DNA of 64,000 nt, taken from a virus. Under the pieces are notes generated by a model. It saw only the letters and a program-made list of their open reading frames with translations, was not told the origin of the DNA and made no database searches. Each line of letters starts with the position of its first letter. Within the stretch, counting starts at the first letter, position 1. The position numbers and the translations under genes are program-made. The stretch covers positions 1-64,000 of the IMG/VR virus record IMGVR_UViG_3300028571_000830; one strand, given 5' to 3'. Shown piece after piece: positions 9,160 through 15,612 of the stretch.

Positions 9160-9657
9160 TTATTTCTTTTTCATCTTACCACCACCAGCTTGTTTTCTTT
9201 CAGTTCTAGAAGCATCAAGTTCTTTATCTTTCTTTAATACAGCTTTACCTCTAGCACCAGCTAATGTTTTCTTTTGTACTTTAGTCCAAGCACCATTAGG
9301 ATCTACAGGACCCACTCTTTTAGTAGATGCTTTAAGTCCAGATAGACTTCCACCATTTTGCATCTTTTTCTTAGGAGCTGGTTTTTCATTTTTACCTTCA
9401 TATCTACCCATTCTACTTACAGGACTTTCTCCAGGATAAGCATTTACACCTTTTTTTCCTAAATTATAACCAGCTTTATAAGCCATACTATCTTGTTTAG
9501 TAGGTTTTATTCCTTCTTTTCTATATCCACTTCTTTCTTCTTCTTCAAGACTTACACCCAGAGGTAAGTTTTTATAAGTGGGTTCTCCTTTTTTAGGAGT
9601 CATTTTTGGTTTAACCACAGCTTTAGCTTTAGGTTTAGGTTGTAGCATCTTTGCCAT
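9160..9657 (-). CDS. Lys-rich protein
   Basis: MQNGG and QAGGG motifs; strongly basic. Confidence 0.7.
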   Translation of the reverse strand: MAKMLQPKPKAKAVVKPKMTPKKGEPTYKNLPLGVSLEEEERSGYRKEGIKPTKQDSMAYKAGYNLGKKGVNAYPGESPVSRMGRYEGKNEKPAPKKKMQNGGSLSGLKASTKRVGPVDPNGAWTKVQKKTLAGARGKAVLKKDKELDASRTERKQAGGGKMKKK

Positions 9658-9844
9658 TTCTTCTGAATGTTATATTAGGTTTAACAATTATGTCACGATG
9701 CGTAAACTGCCAAAGCTCACCAGTTTCGTTAATTATAATAGTGTAGATTGTATCAGTTTCGTGACCTAGCTCTGTAACTAGCCACACTATACCATCTCCT
9801 TTAGGAGTGGTTACATCAAGCCTATTAGTAGGCTCGAAGATCAT
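9635..9844 (-). CDS. Hypothetical protein
   Basis: ATGA coupling; beta-rich 69 aa. Confidence 0.65.
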   Translation of the reverse strand: MIFEPTNRLDVTTPKGDGIVWLVTELGHETDTIYTIIINETGELWQFTHRDIIVKPNITFRRNGKDATT

Positions 9845-9987
9845 TTTCCTTTAGCTTTGATTTTCTTTTCTTGCTTAAGCATTGCAGCTGTAGGCTTTTT
9901 TCCAGATCCCTTAGCAGCTCTGATATTATCCCAAAGTCCTCTTTGAGAAACAGAACCATCAGCACGTTTTATCATTTGTTTTGCCAT
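9841..9987 (-). CDS. Small basic protein (48 aa, MAKQMIKRADGSVSQRGLWDNIRAAKG...), missing from the ORF track
   Basis: Manual translation; ATGA overlap at 9841-9844; GLWDNI-type motif seen in small phage proteins. Confidence 0.65.
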   Translation of the reverse strand: MAKQMIKRADGSVSQRGLWDNIRAAKGSGKKPTAAMLKQEKKIKAKGK

Positions 9988-9999
9988 CTTTTTATAATT

Positions 10000-10227
10000 T
10001 TATTCTTCTACCACTTCAATAGCAACACCATCGTTAACAGCTCTTTCCACCATCTTCTCAATGATTTCATTAGCTTGATGAGCTAACATAATTCTACTAG
10101 CTTCTGGTGTTCCTAATACAGCTCTTAAGCTATTTAAAATAAGACCAAATTCATCACCTTTAAGACTGAATTGATCCTCTGGACCCCATGTGTACTTTTT
10201 TTGTGGGTTGTAAATGTTGTTTGACAT
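10000..10227 (-). CDS. Hypothetical protein
   Basis: A-rich leader; TATATTTA promoter-like element upstream. Confidence 0.65.
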   Translation of the reverse strand: MSNNIYNPQKKYTWGPEDQFSLKGDEFGLILNSLRAVLGTPEASRIMLAHQANEIIEKMVERAVNDGVAIEVVEE

Positions 10228-10259
10228 AATTATAGTTTTTGGTTTAATTTGTAAATATA

Positions 10260-10547
10260 CTAATTATCTAAAGTTATTTGAAAAGAAATGGTAGCTGATG
10301 CTTTAATGCTTTTTGATAAATCTAATTTAATTTGAAACATGTTGTGAAACTTTAATATTTCTTCCAATAACATTGAGTTATACTTAGGTAGACTAGGTGC
10401 TAGTCTAAATATATAAGCATTGGGCCCTTTAGTTATTTCTAATGTAGATAGTTCATCTACTGAATCTATTATTCCTTCTAAATGAGAAAAATACATTTCT
10501 TCATTATCTGGAAGTATTTCTGGAAAAAACTTTTTACTTATTTGCAC
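10260..10547 (-). CDS. Hypothetical protein
   Basis: ORF in operon orientation. Confidence 0.6.
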   Translation of the reverse strand: MQISKKFFPEILPDNEEMYFSHLEGIIDSVDELSTLEITKGPNAYIFRLAPSLPKYNSMLLEEILKFHNMFQIKLDLSKSIKASATISFQITLDN

Positions 10548-10574
10548 AATAATTTCTCACTTATTTGCACAATT

Positions 10575-10988
10575 CTAAGAAAGTGTTAATAGATATTTAG
10601 TTTTAGCTGCTTCTCCTGATAATGCATCTGCTAAGTTACATATGTCATGAAACTTATTAGCTTCACCATATGCTTTTAAATCAGAAGCAAACATACCTAA
10701 ATCTTTTACAACATCCATAGAGGATGCATTAGATAGAGGATCAATCTTAAATACACCAGGACGTTTACCTAAATATCCCATAAGCTTCTCTACTACATCA
10801 TCTTTAAAATCTTGTACATATTCATACAATTTTCCTAAAGCTTTATGTGTAGCATACGAAGTTGTTTGCCAGTGCAATAGATGTAATTGCTCATGAAAAT
10901 ATGTAAGCTTTCCAGCTATAGTTTCTAATGTCAATTCTTCAGAGGATGATGCTTTCATCATCTCTTCTGGAAAGAATGATTTTGCCAT
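10575..10988 (-). CDS. Ferritin/Dps-like four-helix-bundle protein
   Basis: LHLLHWQTTSYATHKALGKLYE...DDVVE and C-terminal KTKYLLTL match the phage Dps-like pattern. Confidence 0.8.
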   Translation of the reverse strand: MAKSFFPEEMMKASSSEELTLETIAGKLTYFHEQLHLLHWQTTSYATHKALGKLYEYVQDFKDDVVEKLMGYLGKRPGVFKIDPLSNASSMDVVKDLGMFASDLKAYGEANKFHDICNLADALSGEAAKTKYLLTLS

Positions 10989-10993
10989 AGTTT

Positions 10994-11236
10994 TTATCCT
11001 CCTATAGTGGTGGTAGTAGTTGTTGTAGGAGCTACAGTTGTAGTGGTTGTAGTAGTTGTAGGAGCCACTGTAGTAGTTGTGGTGGTGGTATAATTACAAC
11101 ATTCATATGCTGTAATTTCTTGCCAATTACCCACTTTAGGTTTATTTTTTCTAAGAATAAGAGATCCTGCTACCACTCTACCAGTTCCATCAAATCTTAC
11201 ATACGCTTTTAAGCGTTGATTGTTACCATTTGCCAT
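10994..11236 (-). CDS. Small protein (80 aa) with C-terminal mucin-like poly-Thr tail
   Basis: MANGNNQRLKAYVRFDGTGRVVAGS...ECCNY-T8-VAP-T8-VAP-T7-IGG; start at ATG 11236. Confidence 0.8.
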   Translation of the reverse strand: MANGNNQRLKAYVRFDGTGRVVAGSLILRKNKPKVGNWQEITAYECCNYTTTTTTTVAPTTTTTTTTVAPTTTTTTTIGG

Positions 11237-11328
11237 TTTAATTTTTTTTTTTTTAATTTGTGAATAAAAATTTTCTTTATGTATATAAATTAAGATGAAG
11301 ACTTCTAGCAACCAGGGCTACAAAATCT

Positions 11329-12351
11329 TTATTCATATTTAAGGTTGTATTTCTTCTTTAATTCAAGAAGTTGTTGTAGATAATAATGATTGCAATGTTT
11401 TTTAGAAATGTCATTATTTAATACATCTTGCAAATGAGGATCATCAAATGGATCTTTACCAGTGTGATATGTTCCTTTATAAAAAGCTGGATAGCTTCCT
11501 CCCATAAATGGATCAGTTATTCCTGCATTATGTAATATAGTTGTTCTTTCAAGTTTCTCAATAGGATCAGAACTCCAAGCAAATTCCATATCTGGAGTGA
11601 TTATTGTTTGTCCTTCTCTTTTCCAGATGTTCCAAAGTACAGCCCACATATCAGCACACCAACTTTGAAATCCTTTATTCTCATTTTCAAAGAACTCTTG
11701 ATTGATATTTCTTAAGTGTGTACGTATAAGTAAACAACTTGTCATTACATCACTCCAGAATTTTTCATCTACATTCTTTAATAGATATTGAGCTCCTCCT
11801 GAATGTAAGTTATTAGCTTCTGCTATTTCTCTTGATATACCATTTAGAGATGTAATCTCTTGTAGTATGTCTCTTTCTTTATAAGCTTCTAGTTTATCTG
11901 GAAGGACATCTTTTATCTTACTATCAAAATATGAAGCATTGATGTAACTGTTTGTATCTGATAGATAACTTATATCATCATCTATATACTTATCAATATT
12001 GAATTTCTCTGTAAAAACTATATCGCTATCACAATAGAATACAGCTTTATCTTTCATTTCAGGATGGTCTCTAAAATATCTCATTAGAACATAAGGTCTA
12101 ATGATTGGTATATAGATGCCTAGAAGTTTACTCACTTTATCTACATCTTTATAGAAAACAAATTCTGTTTCTGGATATAGGTTAATAACCTGTTCCCATC
12201 TAGTATTCTTTTCTCTAAAGTCAGGGATGTATATTAATACAGTGGCTTTATTTGAATGCCCAAGTTTTTTTAAACTTTCAAGCCATAAATGCACCTGCCA
12301 TGTGTAATAGGTGTCATCTGGTTGGGCACAAAGAAATCTTAATTCCTTCAT
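11329..12351 (-). CDS. GT-A glycosyltransferase resembling plant peptidyl O-glycosyltransferases (HPAT/GT95, SGT1/GT96)
   Basis: YYTWQ, YIPIIRP, DxD (YCDSDIVF), WCADMWA, ILHNAG in the order seen in HPAT/SGT1 (YxxWQ, NR/KP, DxD, WxxEMY). Confidence 0.65.
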   Translation of the reverse strand: MKELRFLCAQPDDTYYTWQVHLWLESLKKLGHSNKATVLIYIPDFREKNTRWEQVINLYPETEFVFYKDVDKVSKLLGIYIPIIRPYVLMRYFRDHPEMKDKAVFYCDSDIVFTEKFNIDKYIDDDISYLSDTNSYINASYFDSKIKDVLPDKLEAYKERDILQEITSLNGISREIAEANNLHSGGAQYLLKNVDEKFWSDVMTSCLLIRTHLRNINQEFFENENKGFQSWCADMWAVLWNIWKREGQTIITPDMEFAWSSDPIEKLERTTILHNAGITDPFMGGSYPAFYKGTYHTGKDPFDDPHLQDVLNNDISKKHCNHYYLQQLLELKKKYNLKYE

Positions 12352-12378
12352 ATATGTAGTTATTGGTTTATTACAAAA

Positions 12379-12576
12379 TTATAAAGTTGTTGTAGTAGTA
12401 GTTGTAGGAGCTACAGTTGTAGTTGTAGTGCTTGTACTAGTACTGCTGCTAGTTGTAGTAGTGGTAGCAGGAATGTTCCTACCCATCACTCCTGTTAAAG
12501 CTTCTAATTGCTTAGATATCTGCCAAAGTAGTTTAGCCTTTTGGCTCCAGCCAATTTGTTGAGAAGGTATTGCCAT
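12379..12576 (-). CDS. Small protein with Thr/Ser-rich tail
   Basis: N-terminus paralogous to 12586-13095; C-terminal TTTTTSSSTSTSTTTTTVAPTTTTTTTL. Confidence 0.75.
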   Translation of the reverse strand: MAIPSQQIGWSQKAKLLWQISKQLEALTGVMGRNIPATTTTTSSSTSTSTTTTTVAPTTTTTTTL

Positions 12577-12585
12577 GTTATTATT

Positions 12586-13095
12586 TTAAGCTATTTCGTA
12601 TGTTCCTGAGATATCAAAATGACTTGTTACAGTAGTTCCTCCCACTGGTGTATTGAATTTCCAGTTTAAATCTGTTGTAGATCCTGAATAATATAATTTA
12701 TGTATTGTTGGACTAACTACTACATCTGTAACACCAGCGATGTGATATAAAGAATTCCCAGTTGTTTGATGCAACGTACCATTAGCTTGCCTCATTGTTT
12801 CTATAGATGGAAAAGGTAATGTTATTTGATATTGTAATGTACCAAAGTTAGTACAACCAGCAAAGTCTACATACACTCTAAAATAGCAAATCTTTGATGC
12901 TATCATTGTATATGAACCTGTTGCTGTAACACCAGCCAACGTTCCAGAAGCATCTGTAAACAATGGATTAAACGATTGAGGTATTGTATTTTGTGAATTA
13001 TAAGTCACCCTTGTAAGATATTCTAATTGCTTAGAAATTTGCCATAAAAGGTTTTCTTCTGTTCCCCAGCCTATTTGTCTATTTGGTATTGACAT
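12586..13095 (-). CDS. Putative virion decoration/fibre protein with beta-sandwich C-terminus
   Basis: IPNRQIGW...LLWQISKQLE N-terminus; GSYTMI...ITLPF...ISGTYEI receptor-binding head-like pattern. Confidence 0.65.
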   Translation of the reverse strand: MSIPNRQIGWGTEENLLWQISKQLEYLTRVTYNSQNTIPQSFNPLFTDASGTLAGVTATGSYTMIASKICYFRVYVDFAGCTNFGTLQYQITLPFPSIETMRQANGTLHQTTGNSLYHIAGVTDVVVSPTIHKLYYSGSTTDLNWKFNTPVGGTTVTSHFDISGTYEIA

Positions 13096-13126
13096 TGTTT
13101 TTTATTTAAAAAAATATTACTAAATA

Positions 13127-13134
13127 CAAAAGTA
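13127..13134 (-). promoter_or_regulatory. Bacteroidota-type -7 promoter element (TACTTTTG)
   Basis: Matches TAnnTTTG about 30 nt upstream of the 13095 start. Confidence 0.55.
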
Positions 13135-13162
13135 TAGTAAATTATGTAACATTTAATAATAT

Positions 13163-13192
13163 TACGTAATTTACTATAATGAAATAGATTAG
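13163..13192. promoter_or_regulatory. Copy 1 of a 30-bp repeated intergenic motif
   Basis: TACGTAATTTACTATAATGAAATAGATTAG; similar to 47007 and 61685; partial second copy CTAATCAAATTAATTAT at about 13200-13216. Confidence 0.6.
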
Positions 13193-13215
13193 AATATCTC
13201 TAATCAAATTAATTA

Positions 13216-13347
13216 TCATCTTCCTTGACCTCTATATTTAGAGCTAGGAGATGAATGTTTATTGGTGGTTTTAGAATGTTTTCCTATACGTCTTTTACCA
13301 AACGTCACCTTTATATTTTCTTTTGCAGAATTTGCTTTCTTTGCCAT
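13216..13347 (-). CDS. Small basic protein (43 aa) ending in KYRGQGR, missing from the ORF track
   Basis: Manual translation MAKKANSAKENIKVTFGKRRIGKHSKTTNKHSSPSSKYRGQGR. Confidence 0.7.
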   Translation of the reverse strand: MAKKANSAKENIKVTFGKRRIGKHSKTTNKHSSPSSKYRGQGR

Positions 13348-13351
13348 TGGG

Positions 13352-13942
13352 TTACTTTATATCTGAAGATTCAATTAAAGTGTATGTGAATGAATTGCCA
13401 TGTATATCTTTAGCTTTTCTTATGATAGCCATAAATTCATCAAAATCAGCAGCCTTCTTAAATACTTGGCATCCTTCTGACCAATTTTCTACATAGGTTG
13501 AATCAGCTCCAGCTTTATGGATGTTAATACCAAACACACCTTCTTGAATTTTTGATTCATCATAAGTCATGTCTTTATTAGCATCACGATAAACCTTAAC
13601 TTCTTTAGCTTGTTTTAAGGCTTCATATTTACCTTGATGTAAACCAATTACATGAGAGCCTCTATATTGCCCTTCAACAAGCCTTGCCACTCCTGCAGCA
13701 TTATGAAACTCTTTAACGCCTTTAGTACCAGGATCTGTTGTTGCCATCCATGAATGGAATTTCCATTTACCATCTACCTTGTAAGATAATGTCATAACAT
13801 CATCAAATACGTTTGTAACTTTCTGATCTGTTGCAGAATTTCTTACACCTACAATATTAACATCAAAATCTTTATCTCCCTCAAACCAAACATACCCTTT
13901 TGCCTTTACTGATTCTTCTATTTGTTCTTTAGATAGTTTCAT
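13352..13942 (-). CDS. Putative endolysin (L,D-transpeptidase-like His/Cys catalytic motif)
   Basis: ATTDPG, VYRDAN, FGINIHKAG...WSEGCQV; located next to holin- and spanin-like genes. Confidence 0.65.
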   Translation of the reverse strand: MKLSKEQIEESVKAKGYVWFEGDKDFDVNIVGVRNSATDQKVTNVFDDVMTLSYKVDGKWKFHSWMATTDPGTKGVKEFHNAAGVARLVEGQYRGSHVIGLHQGKYEALKQAKEVKVYRDANKDMTYDESKIQEGVFGINIHKAGADSTYVENWSEGCQVFKKAADFDEFMAIIRKAKDIHGNSFTYTLIESSDIK

Positions 13943-14153
13943 TTTTCTTCTTAAATATTTTTTCAGCAGATGTTAAACCTAAGCAACCAAAAGCCAACAA
14001 GGCTACTGACTCAACCAATATTGCAGATGGTGCGGTATGTTCCTCACTAAAGGAGTTATGATACATAGTCACACATAAAGCTATAACACAAAGCAATCCG
14101 CATAAACGCTTCATGCTTAGACTTCCACTTTCATCACAAAAAAACTGTTTCAT
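13929..14153 (-). CDS. Putative holin (2 TM)
   Basis: SMKRL + TM, second TM, basic C-terminus; adjacent to the endolysin. Confidence 0.6.
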   Translation of the reverse strand: MKQFFCDESGSLSMKRLCGLLCVIALCVTMYHNSFSEEHTAPSAILVESVALLAFGCLGLTSAEKIFKKKNETI

Positions 14154-14488
14154 TGTACTGTATCCTTTTTACTTTTACCCCAGAAGTTTTTCTTTTCTGT
14201 AACAAAAACAGTATCCCTAACAGTATCAATTTGAATTTGTACTCTTGGATTTGCTTTTATTTCAGCTACCTCACTAAACAATTGTTTAATCTGTTTTTTA
14301 TCCTCAATAATACTTTCAACAGTTTTGTTAATTATTTTAGCTTCTTTCTTTGTAGCCTCAACAATACTACTATCCATCTTTAATTGACTTTTAGCAACTT
14401 TTAATAGTAAAGTATCGTATTTTTTTACCTGCTCGGGTTCAGTTGTTGTACACGAACTTATGAAAAGTATGAATACTAAATATCTCAT
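14150..14488 (-). CDS. Putative lipoprotein (spanin-like)
   Basis: Signal peptide with lipobox FISSC; coiled coil. Confidence 0.6.
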   Translation of the reverse strand: MRYLVFILFISSCTTTEPEQVKKYDTLLLKVAKSQLKMDSSIVEATKKEAKIINKTVESIIEDKKQIKQLFSEVAEIKANPRVQIQIDTVRDTVFVTEKKNFWGKSKKDTVQ

Positions 14489-14784
14489 TTGATTTTCTGA
14501 ATTTTACCTAATGATTCCAATGTGCTTAACTTTGCAGATGCTCCACTCATTGCACCTTCGCACTTAATTAATGATTGACTCATAGCATCCATTTTAGCTT
14601 CAAGTTTCTCGATTTTTGCTCCTTGATTATCAATTTGCTCATGAAACGTGCTTCTAATATCAATGTATAAAGCACTAATGCCAATGATTACTAAGAACAT
14701 TGTACCCACCACTGGGTTTTTACTAAAATCCTTAAAATTTATTGGTAAAGGATTTGTTAAATTTACTTTTTCTTTGATTGCCAT
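14485..14784 (-). CDS. Single-TM coiled-coil protein (lysis cassette)
   Basis: One TM followed by heptad repeats. Confidence 0.55.
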   Translation of the reverse strand: MAIKEKVNLTNPLPINFKDFSKNPVVGTMFLVIIGISALYIDIRSTFHEQIDNQGAKIEKLEAKMDAMSQSLIKCEGAMSGASAKLSTLESLGKIQKIK

Positions 14785-14786
14785 AA

Positions 14787-15323
14787 TTATAATTTTAATG
14801 AATAACCTACTGAATAACCACTCATTCCATACCCAACGCTAAATAAACCTTTCTTACGTGTCTTTAGACTTAATGTGATGTTGTGATTTATATTGTTATA
14901 ATCTATGCTCACATCGCTTCTTATTCCTAAATACAGAGCAGCTTTAGGTTTGGATTCTATATTGTTTGTAATTGTTATCGTTTTTTCTTGTACTTGTGCT
15001 TTAAATGATCTCCCAATGATTCTATTTTGATTGATGGTATCTTTGATAACAAAGAGGTTACTATCTTGCTTAATGCTGTCTATATATTCTTTAACTTGGT
15101 TATAGTCTTTAACAATATAAATTGTATCATGAACAGTTGTATCTGTATAAATAGTATCTAAAACTTTAAAAGGTATGTTGTTCCCTTTAGTATATTTAGT
15201 TAAAGTTTTAGTAGTGACTATTGTATCTACATTAGTTTTAGTGAGAGTCTTTGTTGGAATTCTAAATTCAAACAAAAACAAAGACAATAAAATCAAAATA
15301 AATATTATTCCATTCTTTATCAT
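14787..15323 (-). CDS. N-terminally anchored protein with C-terminal beta strands (spanin-like)
   Basis: Hydrophobic N-terminus; repeated DT motifs; ends YSVGYSLKL. Confidence 0.55.
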   Translation of the reverse strand: MIKNGIIFILILLSLFLFEFRIPTKTLTKTNVDTIVTTKTLTKYTKGNNIPFKVLDTIYTDTTVHDTIYIVKDYNQVKEYIDSIKQDSNLFVIKDTINQNRIIGRSFKAQVQEKTITITNNIESKPKAALYLGIRSDVSIDYNNINHNITLSLKTRKKGLFSVGYGMSGYSVGYSLKL

Positions 15324-15487
15324 TTGATTTTGTTTGTTGCTTTAATGTAATACCTAATCGCAAAAATTCCACTTATTATAGCTACCACAGAAGCTATTAA
15401 AGTTACCATTGGTTGTATATCAGCAATACTTAGCATTGCACCTGATACACTTACTACTGTCGCTAAATCAGCGTTATTATTTGTCAT
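15320..15487 (-). CDS. Small membrane protein / holin-like (55 aa), missing from the ORF track
   Basis: MTNNNADLATVSSVSGAMLSIADIQPMVTLIASVVAIISGIFAIRYYIKATNKIK; ATGA overlap at 15320-15323. Confidence 0.65.
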   Translation of the reverse strand: MTNNNADLATVVSVSGAMLSIADIQPMVTLIASVVAIISGIFAIRYYIKATNKIK

Positions 15488-15543
15488 ATTTTAATTTGGG
15501 GATTTACTATTACGTGTAGAAAGGCAATTTACACTATGAGTAA

Positions 15544-15591
15544 CAAAGCTAAGTATTAGTTTTGAGAATTGCAAATGTTTTTTTACATTTG
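15544..15591. promoter_or_regulatory. Overlapping divergent Bacteroidota sigma-A-type promoters
   Basis: Plus strand: TTTG(15561-64)-19 nt-TACATTTG(15584-91). Minus strand: TTTG(15575-72)-20 nt-TAGCTTTG(15551-44). Confidence 0.7.
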
Positions 15592-15612
15592 ATGAATAAA
15601 ACCAATTCTTAT

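Noticed and set aside
11237-11311. N-terminal extension of the 105-aa ORF across a poly-A run (similar extensions at 6987, 8162, 15562, 24986)
   Set aside because: Downstream ATGs with A-rich leaders, gene coupling or promoter positions fit better
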